This document shows positions 27,465 to 39,059 of a stretch of DNA of 64,000 nt, piece by piece. A program made the translations under genes and the position numbers. Below the pieces are notes generated by a model. That model did no database searches and was not told the origin of the DNA. It was given only the letters and a program-made list of their open reading frames with translations. How positions within the stretch are numbered: the stretch's first letter is position 1; the number at the start of each line of letters is the position of its first letter. The DNA comes from an uncultured Collinsella sp. (GTDB lineage: Bacteria; Actinomycetota; Coriobacteriia; Coriobacteriales; Coriobacteriaceae), in contig CANNOC010000014.1 in the NCBI GenBank assembly GCA_947507155.1, positions 1,387-65,386 on the forward strand, read 5' to 3'.

Positions 27465-27743
27465 CTAATTATCTTCGCTACTCAAAACAGCCCCAAGTTT
27501 ACGTACTAGCGTCTCAACAGTAATTCCGAGTGCATCCGCATAGACAAACTGCTCATAAACCCTAAGGCTGCGTTCCCCGGTCTCGACCTTTGAGATGAAC
27601 GACTGAGGTACCCCCAGTTTCTTTGCGAGTTCAACCTGAGTGATACCTTGCTCCCGACGAATCTGGGAAAGGCATTTTCCGCATGTCCTGTTAGCATCAA
27701 CGTTCATGCCGCTTACGCTATATTCCATTTTGATATATCCCAA
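27465..27743 (-). CDS. Small XRE-family HTH regulator
   Basis: IRREQGITQVELAKKLGVPQSFISKVETGER; start uncertain (27743/27728/27707). Confidence 0.82.
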   Translation of the reverse strand: MGYIKMEYSVSGMNVDANRTCGKCLSQIRREQGITQVELAKKLGVPQSFISKVETGERSLRVYEQFVYADALGITVETLVRKLGAVLSSEDN

Positions 27744-27831
27744 ACTGGGATATAGTTATGTCACCGGCCATTTCACCTGCCGTAGCTGTTCGCATAACAC
27801 ACTTAAGTACGGGAAAGGAACCTTGATAAAT

Positions 27832-28827
27832 ATGAGTGACAAGATGAAGGGGCCCGGCGAGTCTGACGAGCGGATGCCGGATATCGAAGAGAGCCAGTTT
27901 TCTGAGGGCGCTGACAACACCCCCCTCCCAGAAGAACAGCCATCTAATGAAGATGGCACCGCATGTAAAAAAGATGAAAGCGCCTCACTTCTAACTCGCG
28001 CTATTCAAAAATTCGGCGGTAAAAAACGGGCAGTCACTGCGGCCGCTGCGTTAGTTATTGTCATTTTCTGTTTGCCCATGATGTTTCCTCAGTTGTTTTG
28101 CACTCACAAGCTATGGGCCAATGCAACCTGTACAAGCCCTCGCACATGTAAAAGTTGCGGCAAAACCGAGGGGGAACCGCTTGGACACGAATGGGAAGAA
28201 GCAACGTGCACGGTTCCGAAGACCTGTCAACGCTGCGGTAAAACCGAGGGGGAACCCCTTGGGCATCAACCGGGCTCGTGGACTACCGAAGTTGACTACG
28301 TGGACGCCACCTCAAAGGAAATACGAGAATGCGAAAAATGCGGAGAGGTCGTTGACACCCGCAACGAGAAGGAAATCACATCTTTTCTTGGCGACGGAAA
28401 GTTTTCAATTTCCCCAAAAGGCTTTATTGATCGACTTAACGAGGAATTCTCCGATATCCCCAATTGCAGCAGCATGAATGCGGATTACGAACTAGACGAT
28501 AGCGGCATGGGACTCGAACTTCAGATCAAAAACGGTTCAAAGATTGCCGGTATTGGAGGCTTCTTTTCGGACTCGAGTAACCCGGTGCTACTCAGCTATC
28601 TTGGATCCGAAAACTGCTTCAAAAACATAGTCATGTACTTCGAAAACTCCGACTATGCCGCGGCGACAGCATTGGCAACTATACAAGCAATCGATCCAAC
28701 ACTTTCGTTTTCAGACGCCAAGGAAGTTGGTGCTGCCTGCGTAGATACGCCAACTGTCAAAAATGGAATTACGTATGCAATCGTAGCTTCGAATGGAGAG
28801 TACTGGCTAAGCGCTCGAATTGAATAA
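27832..28827 (+). CDS. Single-pass membrane protein with His/Cys repeats (possible Zn-binding) and a C-terminal domain of unknown function
   Basis: TM AVTAAAALVIVIFCLPMMF; repeats HxWxxATCTxPxTCxxCGKTEGEPLG x2 plus ECEKCG. Confidence 0.75.
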   Translation: MSDKMKGPGESDERMPDIEESQFSEGADNTPLPEEQPSNEDGTACKKDESASLLTRAIQKFGGKKRAVTAAAALVIVIFCLPMMFPQLFCTHKLWANATCTSPRTCKSCGKTEGEPLGHEWEEATCTVPKTCQRCGKTEGEPLGHQPGSWTTEVDYVDATSKEIRECEKCGEVVDTRNEKEITSFLGDGKFSISPKGFIDRLNEEFSDIPNCSSMNADYELDDSGMGLELQIKNGSKIAGIGGFFSDSSNPVLLSYLGSENCFKNIVMYFENSDYAAATALATIQAIDPTLSFSDAKEVGAACVDTPTVKNGITYAIVASNGEYWLSARIE

Positions 28828-29064
28828 TTTTCTTTGATTACTAAATTCAGACGCCTCTTACTCGCGATATATTAAAACTCAACCCCTGGCAGCATCGTCA
28901 ATCGAAAATTGCCCCGCCGAGCACTTTAGCTTGGCGGGGCATTTCAATATGAAAGCGGATTTAAATATCAACAAGGCCTGCACGCTCCAACGAGACAGCC
29001 GGCTTCGCTGCTCAAATTGCCCTTGGTGAACCACAAGTTGAGCAATCAGTGGCCAGAATCCCCT

Positions 29065-29763
29065 TTAGGCGGCGCTTGTTTCTTTGTATTCGAAGACTGG
29101 TTCTAGGAGGTCTTCGATGTTGCAGTGGAGGGCTTTTGCTATATCCCTTACGGTTGTTACCGAGGCTTCGTTGATGTTTCTCTGGCGTTGCTCGTACATT
29201 TGGATTGAGCGGAGTGACACACCCGATTCGTATGCCAAGTCTTGTTGGGTTTTCTTGAGCCTCTTTCTTGCTAACGCAAGTTTGGTTTGCCTGGACGCTT
29301 TTTTCGCCATATCGCAGACGAGGCGAGCCACGCGTTCCTCCGAGGCTTCGTGCCAGGGGTAGTACAGACTGCGTAGCACATCGAATGGAACGACATGCAG
29401 CAAATCTTCGAAAGACTCTCCTAGCCGCCACTGAAGGTATGCCAATATCCAGCCTGTCCAATATTCCGGTGTCTTTTCGAATCGGTAGGTTCGATTTGGC
29501 ATCGGCCTTGATTGATAGCCCGACCTTTCGGCAATGAGCGCGAACAGCTCAACGCCCGATTTTCCCGACACCACCCATGCGTTGCCGCGTTCAAACTCGC
29601 GGGCTACGCCGCTCAGGCAAAAGAGTTCAGCGACCTCGGACCCTTCCGCTCCATAGTCGTTTACGGCATAGTCAAAACAGTCGCCGAGGTTGCTCATTGC
29701 ATCCTCGAGGTAGTAGACGGGATATGTCCTACTCGGCCCACAATCCGTTAACTCTTGGATCAT
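29065..29763 (-). CDS. Conserved protein with C-terminal XRE HTH (partner of the DUF3990-like gene)
   Basis: YLEDAMSNLGDCFDYA N-terminus; LARKRLKKTQQDLAYESGVSLRSIQMYEQ HTH; 35-nt overlap with the upstream gene. Confidence 0.78.
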   Translation of the reverse strand: MIQELTDCGPSRTYPVYYLEDAMSNLGDCFDYAVNDYGAEGSEVAELFCLSGVAREFERGNAWVVSGKSGVELFALIAERSGYQSRPMPNRTYRFEKTPEYWTGWILAYLQWRLGESFEDLLHVVPFDVLRSLYYPWHEASEERVARLVCDMAKKASRQTKLALARKRLKKTQQDLAYESGVSLRSIQMYEQRQRNINEASVTTVRDIAKALHCNIEDLLEPVFEYKETSAA

Positions 29764-30412
29764 TTAAATCAACCCTCCCTGCCATTAAATCCCTAATGTA
29801 GACACCCTCAGAGTCGAATCCATTCACAGTTTCCAAGTACTTGCGCCGCGCGCTCTGCTCTCGCTTAAAGCGCTTGGGATAATACACAGATCCCAACGCC
29901 TGCTTCCATTCGCAGAATCTGATTGCTGAGAACGCACGCTCACTCATAAGAGCGTATTGGATGCCCAAATCGCCCAAACGCATAATGAGTTGCAGTTGTC
30001 TAAGCGAGATCATGCCGTTAACGAACTGTCTTGCAAACGAAAAGTAGGAATCGTCGGCGCGATAGCCTCGGATAACGTCATAGGGAGAAATATCAATCAG
30101 GCAGTTATCCAGCAGATAGCGAAGCCCTTCGCGCGCCAGCGGTGTCGAAACATTGAACTCCCTATTGTTAGCCAAAATCGCGAGCCAATTGAGAATTGAA
30201 AACTCCCCGGACTCCAAATCCAAGACCGCGAGACCATCCATATCGAGCTCATATCGATTCGCGATACCATCGGACTCGGTCCGACATGCCCACTCCATTG
30301 CCATTTCCTCATGTGGCGTGCAATAAAACCCACACCCATAGTCATTGAATTGTCTGCATTTTTCCAACGACGGATGCTCGACAACAGCCTCCGACCCGTG
30401 CCAAAGCTCCAT
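29729..30412 (-). CDS. DUF3990-like protein (possible ADP-ribosyltransferase fold)
   Basis: LWHGS...NDYGCGFYCT...AMEWA...YDVIRGYRADDSYFSFA; GGAGG RBS before ATG 30412; family recognised from memory. Confidence 0.75.
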   Translation of the reverse strand: MELWHGSEAVVEHPSLEKCRQFNDYGCGFYCTPHEEMAMEWACRTESDGIANRYELDMDGLAVLDLESGEFSILNWLAILANNREFNVSTPLAREGLRYLLDNCLIDISPYDVIRGYRADDSYFSFARQFVNGMISLRQLQLIMRLGDLGIQYALMSERAFSAIRFCEWKQALGSVYYPKRFKREQSARRKYLETVNGFDSEGVYIRDLMAGRVDLNDPRVNGLWAE

Positions 30413-30430
30413 ATCGACCTCCAAACAAAA

Positions 30431-30477
30431 ATATCACCCCAGTGATAGTGTAGCAATAACTATCACTGGGGTGATAT
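30431..30477. promoter_or_regulatory. Nested double operator-like palindrome
   Basis: Perfect 19-bp inverted repeat ATATCACCCCAGTGATAGT-N9-ACTATCACTGGGGTGATAT; each arm contains TATCAC-N4-GTGATA. Confidence 0.7.
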
Positions 30478-30513
30478 AGATAGATGCAAACTATTGCCTG
30501 CCAAGAGCCCTTA

Positions 30514-31104
30514 TTAGAGGCAAGCCTCCGCAATGCGGCGCTTGAGCTCGTCGATGCCGGCGCCGGTTTGGGAGCTTGTGATGATCACGTTCTCGGCAGG
30601 GACGTTGAGCTGCTTTTTGATGGCCGCTGCCTGGCGGGCCTGCTGGGTGCGGCTGAGCTTGTCGGCCTTGGTGAGGCAGACGATAAAGTTGAACTCGTTG
30701 CCCTGCAGGTAGTCGATCATGTCATGGTCGAGCTTACTGGGATCATGGCGAATGTCCACCAGCGATACAACCAGGTTAAAGCTGCGCTCGGAGTCGAAGA
30801 AGTCGCCGATGAGCTCGGCCCAGCGGTCGCGCTCGGCCTTGGAACGGCGGGCGAAACCGTAACCCGGCAGGTCAACAAAGTGCACGTCGTCGGCCTCGAA
30901 GAAGTTAATGTTGCTCGTCTTGCCCGGTGTGCTCGAAACCTTGACGAGGTTCTTGCGGCCAAAAAGCTTGTTCATGATCGACGACTTGCCCACGTTGGAG
31001 CGGCCGACGAAGCTCACCTCGGGGCAGGTGGACTCGGGAATCTGTGAAACCTTGCCATAGCTGGCAACGAACTTGGCAAGCTGGTAGTTAATGGAATCGG
31101 CCAT
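30514..31104 (-). CDS. engB: Ribosome biogenesis GTPase YihA/YsxC
   Basis: GRSNVGKSS, STPGKT, DLPGYG, TKAD. Confidence 0.95.
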   Translation of the reverse strand: MADSINYQLAKFVASYGKVSQIPESTCPEVSFVGRSNVGKSSIMNKLFGRKNLVKVSSTPGKTSNINFFEADDVHFVDLPGYGFARRSKAERDRWAELIGDFFDSERSFNLVVSLVDIRHDPSKLDHDMIDYLQGNEFNFIVCLTKADKLSRTQQARQAAAIKKQLNVPAENVIITSSQTGAGIDELKRRIAEACL

Positions 31105-31143
31105 GGACACTCCTTGGTCGTAGGTTCTTACAAAAAGAGCGCG

Positions 31144-31896
31144 CTAATAGATAGCAGCGATACGGCGAACGATATCGAGCGTAATGCCACTCGCGGTACG
31201 GGCATACTCGAACAGGTCGAACTCGCGGTCGCAAATCGCATCGTACGCCTCGTCACAATTATCGCTGATAGCGCGCAGCACCAGGCAATCGACACCATTT
31301 TTGGTTGCGATATGGGCAATTGCCGCGCCCTCCATGCCGACGCAATCGGCATGCGTCGCCTCGATAGCGTCATTGCGCATGGCGGCGCCCGTCACAAAGC
31401 GGTTACCCGTGGCAATCGTGCCGACCAGGAACTGCTTTGCGCCCTCGTTCGAGGCGGCTGCATTTGTCGAAGCGTTGACAAAGCCACGCTCAGAAAGCAC
31501 ATCGGCAGCAATATCGACCAGCGCAGGCGTCGAGCCAAACTCCTCGAGCCCCGGTGCAGACTCGGCGATAAGCGCGGTATCGGTATCCAGATAGCGCAGG
31601 CATTTGCCGATGACCACGTCGTCGATATGGAGCTTGGGGTTCAAACCGCCCGCGATACCCGAAAGCACAACTGCCTGCGGAGCATACTTGCTAATGAGGT
31701 GCTGTGTTGCGGCGGCAGCGTTCACAGTGCCCATACCCGCCGTCGTGGCGACAATCGACAGGCCGTCGAGCCCGCCGGTCACAACGTTCAAGCCCGCCTC
31801 CTGTACCATGCAAACGTTGCTCAACTCTTCCTTAATCTGCATGATCTCTTTTTCGAGTGCACCGATAATCGCGATGGTAGCCATGCCATTCCCCAA
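31144..31896 (-). CDS. mtnN: 5'-methylthioadenosine/S-adenosylhomocysteine nucleosidase
   Basis: IIGALEKE, GMGTVNAA, SGIAGG, MEGAAIA, RAISD. Confidence 0.85.
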   Translation of the reverse strand: MGNGMATIAIIGALEKEIMQIKEELSNVCMVQEAGLNVVTGGLDGLSIVATTAGMGTVNAAAATQHLISKYAPQAVVLSGIAGGLNPKLHIDDVVIGKCLRYLDTDTALIAESAPGLEEFGSTPALVDIAADVLSERGFVNASTNAAASNEGAKQFLVGTIATGNRFVTGAAMRNDAIEATHADCVGMEGAAIAHIATKNGVDCLVLRAISDNCDEAYDAICDREFDLFEYARTASGITLDIVRRIAAIY

Positions 31897-31962
31897 ACCT
31901 ATACGAAATTCTCAACCACGGTATGGTACCAGCATTTTGTTTGACCTCGTCAAACGAACACG

Positions 31963-33078
31963 CTAGGCCAGCGCAGCTCGCGTATCAAAGAACGCCTTAG
32001 CAATCGCAGCCACCAGCTCACTCGAGCGATCGCTCCATGGCATCGATGTCATGATGCTCATGACATAGGTACGGCCATCGATGTCGATAAGGCCCGCATC
32101 GCATGTCGAATAGCAACCATCCTCGCTAATCCAGCCGGCCTTGTTGCGCACCAAGGCTTGGTCGTCCGCAATGCCGTCGCGGATAAAGGACCGGGTCGTA
32201 GAGGACAGAAGGCCCGACAGCCATTGCGACGTCTCACTATCACGGCTCAAATACTCGCTCATCTCGCGCCACAACTTGGCCGAGGTGCGCGGGCAATAGG
32301 TGGGAAAATCACTCATCGGATCGAGTGCGGTATCGTAATCGATGCCAAGACTGGCAATCCAATCCTCGTAACCGACACTGTCAAACGCCGCGCGTAACGC
32401 AATAAACGAATCGTTGTCCGAATTAACGACCGCGGCATCGATCAGGTCGCGCACCGTCTGCCAACCCATGTTGTAGCCACCATAGGTACCAAGGGAATCA
32501 TCGAGTGAAACCTGACCCGTCTCGACCAGAGATTCGCAGATGTACAACACATAGAGCGCCTTGTAGCTACTCGCACCGTAAACCTCGACATCGGGGTTAT
32601 ACGTCACGCCCTTGCCGCTTGACAGGTCGTAGAACACCACACCCACATCGCCTAGCTCCTGCGCCCGACTCAGGGCATCCTGGAGCAAGGCAAGGCTCTC
32701 ATCCTCCAAGGTAGGAGTCTTGTTATCCACCAACGAGAAGGTCTGAACGGTATCACCCGAAGGGATATCGTTGAAGTCCGCCTTCGAAAGTCTCGTCTTG
32801 AGATCTGCCGACGCTTTGGGCTTTGAAACTTTCTCGTTTTGCGTCTGTACCGTTGACGCATCTGAGTGTGCCATTCGCTCCGACGCGTAGGTTTTGGCGG
32901 TAATTCCGAGGATAATAATCGCCAATGTTAGCATCCCAATGGCGGCAATCTTCGTCACGCGGACGCGAGCGTCGGCAAGGTCACGCGAAGACGTGCCCTT
33001 CGTCTCATATCTGCTGCTATGCTGCGGCATATACTCGTCCCGCGATGCGTTGTTTCGCACGTGGTCTCCTGACTGCAC
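31963..33078 (-). CDS. Membrane-anchored serine hydrolase (class A beta-lactamase-like / PBP fold)
   Basis: ASSYK (SxxK), SDN, NKAG (KxG); N-terminal TM. Confidence 0.8.
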   Translation of the reverse strand: MQSGDHVRNNASRDEYMPQHSSRYETKGTSSRDLADARVRVTKIAAIGMLTLAIIILGITAKTYASERMAHSDASTVQTQNEKVSKPKASADLKTRLSKADFNDIPSGDTVQTFSLVDNKTPTLEDESLALLQDALSRAQELGDVGVVFYDLSSGKGVTYNPDVEVYGASSYKALYVLYICESLVETGQVSLDDSLGTYGGYNMGWQTVRDLIDAAVVNSDNDSFIALRAAFDSVGYEDWIASLGIDYDTALDPMSDFPTYCPRTSAKLWREMSEYLSRDSETSQWLSGLLSSTTRSFIRDGIADDQALVRNKAGWISEDGCYSTCDAGLIDIDGRTYVMSIMTSMPWSDRSSELVAAIAKAFFDTRAALA

Positions 33079-33217
33079 CGTTCATATACGAGCAGCATAA
33101 TACCGAGCAGGCATTTCTTTCCAAAGATATTCAGCGGCGTTTAAGGCGTCTTTAAAGAAATCACAAGCGTATTTATCCAAATGGCACGATTCTGTTGCGC
33201 ATCTCCGCCCAAAACGC

Positions 33218-33284
33218 AGTTGCGGTGGAATAGTTCCTATTTGGGCGGCATAAGCCGAAAAACAAGAACTATTCCACCGCAACT
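33218..33284. repeat. Palindromic repeat family D, copy 4
   Basis: AGTTGCGGTGGAATAGTTC/GAACTATTCCACCGCAACT. Confidence 0.85.
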
Positions 33285-33373
33285 TGACGGGGCTCTTTAG
33301 CAATCAACTAGGTGCCCGGGGCACTCATTTAAGTCTGTCCCCAATGAGTGCCCTTGGGGGCGAAAATGACTCG

Positions 33374-34192
33374 CTAGCCGATGGCGTTTTTGAGTTCCGT
33401 GCGGCGCTTTTTCATGCCGGTCATAACGGCATTGCGCAACTCGGGCATGCGCGCGGTATCCATCTGGGGCACGCCCTCAAGCTTATAGGGAATGCCCAGT
33501 TGCTCGTACTTGACGACACCCATCGTGTGATACGGCAGCATCTCCAGGCCGACCACGTTATGCCACGGGGCAATCAGGCGGCCGAGTGCCTCGCACTCCT
33601 CCACCGTGTCGGTAATGCCCGGCACCACCACGTGGCGGATAACGACCTTAATCTTGCGACGGGCAAGCTCATCGCCAAACGCCAGAATGCGTGCGGGATC
33701 GCAACCGGTCAGCTTTTTATGCTCGACGGGATCGGCGTGTTTAATGTCGAGCAGCACCATATCGGTCTCGTTGAGTACGGCATCGAACTTCTCGGGGTGG
33801 TTGGGATCGAACGCATAGCCGCAGCTGTCGAGGCAGGTATGCACGCGGCCATCGGGATTGTTGTGCATTGCACGGAAAAGGTCGGCCAAAAACTCGGGCT
33901 GCAGAAGCGGCTCGCCACCCGAAACCGTAATGCCGCCGCTGCGATAGAACTCATGGTTGCTCTGGAACTCGTCCATGAGGTGCTCGACAGTCACCATGGT
34001 GCCGCCGTGAACAGACCAAGTATCGGGATTGTGGCAATACGCGCAGCGCATGGGGCAGCCTTGGACAAACACTACGAAGCGGATGCCGGGACCGTCGACC
34101 GTACCCATCGTCTCAATCGAATGTACGCGGCCCAGGGCAAACGCAGAGTCCTCGGGACGAGCGTCCACACCCTCGAGCGTCATCTCAGCCAT
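33374..34192 (-). CDS. pflA: Pyruvate formate-lyase activating enzyme
   Basis: HSIETMGTVDGPGIRFVVFVQGCPMRCAYCHNPD, SGGEPLLQ, LPYH. Confidence 0.95.
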   Translation of the reverse strand: MAEMTLEGVDARPEDSAFALGRVHSIETMGTVDGPGIRFVVFVQGCPMRCAYCHNPDTWSVHGGTMVTVEHLMDEFQSNHEFYRSGGITVSGGEPLLQPEFLADLFRAMHNNPDGRVHTCLDSCGYAFDPNHPEKFDAVLNETDMVLLDIKHADPVEHKKLTGCDPARILAFGDELARRKIKVVIRHVVVPGITDTVEECEALGRLIAPWHNVVGLEMLPYHTMGVVKYEQLGIPYKLEGVPQMDTARMPELRNAVMTGMKKRRTELKNAIG

Positions 34193-34378
34193 TCCCGCTA
34201 CCTTGCCTCTCATTGGTTTTGGTTACATAAATACCAGAGCCATTCTAGCCCATACGCATGATGGTGAAACGGTTTAGCGGTCAATTGGGTTGTTCTATTT
34301 GGCCCCACGTAAAAGCGGCGGGAGAGCTATCGCAACCCGCCCGCCGCCGTGGCAATAGAAATCGATAGACGCCAGGCC

Positions 34379-35233
34379 TTACGCCTTGAGCGTGAGCACC
34401 GCACCGAAGGCGGTCGGGCCGCAATGGCTCGAGATGACACCGCCGACCTGAGTCCAGGTAATGTCCTTAAAGCCTAGGTCGTGCGCATAGACTTCCATGT
34501 CGTCGCGCAGCTCCTCGGAAAGGCCTACCGAATACGCCAGGCCAATGTGCGAGTAGTCAATCTCTCCCTTCGTAACCATGTAGTCAATAAAGGCACGGGC
34601 GCATTTGAGCATAGAGCCGCGGAACTTCTTAGTTGCCACGAACTTGCCGCCCGTCACCTCAATGCAGGGCTTAATCTTGAGCAGGTGGGCGCCAAGGAAT
34701 GCCACGTTGGACAGACGACCGCCCGCCTTAAGGAAGGCAAGGTCGGTAGGAACAAAGCCCAACAGCACGCGGTCCATGACGGAGTTCGCAAATGCAAAGA
34801 TTTCTTCAACGGTGGCATCGGGGTGGGCCTCGATGTATTTGGCGGTCTCGACGACAACGAGCGACTGGCCTACCGAGACAAAGCGCGTGTCCATGGAGAA
34901 CACGTAGTCGCGCCCCTGGGCCGCAATCTTCGAGGACTGATGCGAACAGGTCGTTGCCTCGGAATATGCAAGATGCAAAATGGTCGCGTCGGGCTGCTCG
35001 GCGTGGATACGGTCGTACACGTGAGCAAAATCCGCGGGCGCACAGCCGCTGGTCTTGGGCATTACGCCAAACTCATTGCAGCGTGAATAAATCTCGAGCG
35101 GATCAATCGAGCCGTCCTCGACGGTCTCGTCACCGATCGTGACATGCATGGGCACGCGCACGATACCGTAGCGCTCGCAGAGCTCCGGCGTCACATCCGA
35201 CCCAGACTCAACCACGATTACGTACTTGCCCAT
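34379..35233 (-). CDS. degV: DegV family fatty-acid binding protein
   Basis: PKTSG, DTRFVS, LKAGGRL, GGVISSHCGP. Confidence 0.88.
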   Translation of the reverse strand: MGKYVIVVESGSDVTPELCERYGIVRVPMHVTIGDETVEDGSIDPLEIYSRCNEFGVMPKTSGCAPADFAHVYDRIHAEQPDATILHLAYSEATTCSHQSSKIAAQGRDYVFSMDTRFVSVGQSLVVVETAKYIEAHPDATVEEIFAFANSVMDRVLLGFVPTDLAFLKAGGRLSNVAFLGAHLLKIKPCIEVTGGKFVATKKFRGSMLKCARAFIDYMVTKGEIDYSHIGLAYSVGLSEELRDDMEVYAHDLGFKDITWTQVGGVISSHCGPTAFGAVLTLKA

Positions 35234-35497
35234 TATTATCACGACCCATCTCTACGTTGGTTTTTCAATACATGACACGCGCCGCCGCACTGTTGCACAA
35301 CGGCGTCCAAGCGCCAAAGAGACGCCGTCCCTTGCACACAACAAAGGACAGCGTCTCCCTGGAAAACTCCGTGCTTATCTAGGATTCCATACGGTTTATT
35401 AAGGAGGGTTACTTATTCCGCAAACGGTCGCTATATGCGGTAAGCGGTAGCTACCAAGAAAGTATCCCATGCGTCCAACCCCTCAGGAGAGTTCCGC

Positions 35498-35676
35498 CCA
35501 AAGGGTGACTACACAGGACCCCAGCCGAGCCGCTTTGGGTTACTTTCCAAAACATTCCGCAGGACGCAAAGGGCTCCGCCGCGCGAAGCGCGCAGCGGAG
35601 CCCTTTGCATGTCCGAGGACGTTTTGGAAAGTAACCCAAAGCGGCCCGGCGATCCTGCGGGAGTTAATCCCCTTTA
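35498..35676 (-). repeat. Long nested palindrome family A, copy after the glycyl-radical gene
   Basis: Core 35524-35650; + strand ATTCCGCAGGACG...GCGAAGC...ATGTCCGAGGACG. Confidence 0.85.
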
Positions 35677-35925
35677 GAACTTGTCGTGGAAAGTGCGCGC
35701 AATGACCTCGTCCTGCTGCTCCTTGGTGAGCGTGTGGAAGTTCACGGCATAGCCGGAAACGCGGATGGTCAGCTGCGGGTACTTCTCGGGGTGAGCCTGA
35801 GCGTCGAGCAGCGTCTCACGGTTGAAGACGTTGACGTTCAGGTGGTGGCCACCCTTCTCGGCGTAAGCGTCGAGCATGTGGACCAGGTTATCGGCCTGAG
35901 TCTCGGAAACTTCAGAAACCTTCAT
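35674..35925 (-). CDS. grcA: Stand-alone glycyl-radical domain (GrcA-like; the missing C-terminus of PFL)
   Basis: GGHHLNVNV...[16 protein letters not shown]; own AAGGAG RBS. Confidence 0.92.
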   Translation of the reverse strand: MKVSEVSETQADNLVHMLDAYAEKGGHHLNVNVFNRETLLDAQAHPEKYPQLTIRVSGYAVNFHTLTKEQQDEVIARTFHDKF

Positions 35926-36009
35926 AATGTGTCTCCTTCGATTGATAGCGCCGGCCGAAACCGGCGCGCTAATCAGTAATCGTTATTGTTAGTATAGCAC
36001 TAACAATAG

Positions 36010-38061
<2,052 letters not shown>

Positions 38062-38609
38062 TGTGTAACCACGCTCCTAGTTACGTGTAATGCGGCGCTC
38101 TCTCACACCGCTGCTTATTGAATTCTTGAATTTTCGGCTTGCACTACCGGCTTCTTCCGTTCTTCACCACATGTTGGTGCAGGGAAAAACGTTTGTCCAC
38201 CTTGGAACTGCAACCCAAACCCAAGATTTCACCCGTTTGAGAAGGATAACATAGCGACCCTCTCCATCTGGGCTGTTATATGTTTCTTTTTTTATATCAT
38301 AAGGGCGTTTTTTACAAACCCGCAGGAAATGCGAGCGTGAACAACTACCGTTCACCGATTTGTTTAGTTTTTTCCTTGCCTTTGTACGACGTTCACTCTA
38401 GCTGTTATGCCAGCTTTAGCAGGGTAAAGTGCCTCTGAGTGGGCTTTAGGACGTGCTCAGAGATCTACCCCTAACTTTGCTGATACCGACGGTGTACGGA
38501 GGTCGCCTAAAGGTTGTTTTCTAGGCATGTCCCAAAATCTACCGTATAGGGTGCGCGTGCGGGGGTATCATCTTTCACCGAAAATAGTTTCTAGTGTTAG
38601 GGGTTTTCG

Positions 38610-39059
38610 GTGGAAGATACCGATTTCCGTGAACTTGGGCGTCAGCTCCTTACCGAGTTCGGCAGCATGCATCAGCGCATTTCGCGCTTTGCGGACAAAG
38701 CCCTCGGCGGCGAGATGGCCGTCATGCGCGCCCTTATGCTCGCTGGCGGTTCGCTCACGCCGAGCGAACTCGCCGATCGCGCCTGGGTCTCGAGCGCCCG
38801 CATCGCCAATATCCTACGCGCTCTCGAAGCCAAGGGCTGGGTCGAGCGCGAGCACTCAAAGACCGACCGTCGTCGCGTACACGTCACGGTGACCGACAAG
38901 GGATTCCAGGATCTCGAAATCAAACGCCGGGAATTCGAGGAGCGCACCGCGGCTTTCCTCGAGCAGCTCGGCGAAACAGATACCCAAGAGATGGTGCGCC
39001 TTCTAAGACGTGCCAACGAAATTATCGACCGCAATCAAGAAAGGAGAGATGCCGAGTGA
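38610..39059 (+). CDS. MarR-family regulator
   Basis: LTPSELAD..., LEAKGWVER...DRRRVHVTVTDKG; overlaps the ABC gene start. Confidence 0.9.
   Translation: MEDTDFRELGRQLLTEFGSMHQRISRFADKALGGEMAVMRALMLAGGSLTPSELADRAWVSSARIANILRALEAKGWVEREHSKTDRRRVHVTVTDKGFQDLEIKRREFEERTAAFLEQLGETDTQEMVRLLRRANEIIDRNQERRDAE

Noticed and set aside
31330-31350. MtnN motif VGMEG instead of VEMEG
   Set aside because: The ribose-binding M-E and the catalytic Asp region are retained; a single substitution is not enough to claim new specificity
31963-33078. Possible beta-lactamase resistance gene
   Set aside because: SxxK/SDN/KxG are present, but the protein is membrane-anchored and divergent, typical of cell-wall serine hydrolases; resistance is not supported
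38062-38609. Long pflB-marR intergenic region as a possible sRNA or Rex/Fnr site
   Set aside because: Only weak imperfect palindromes; no convincing consensus match
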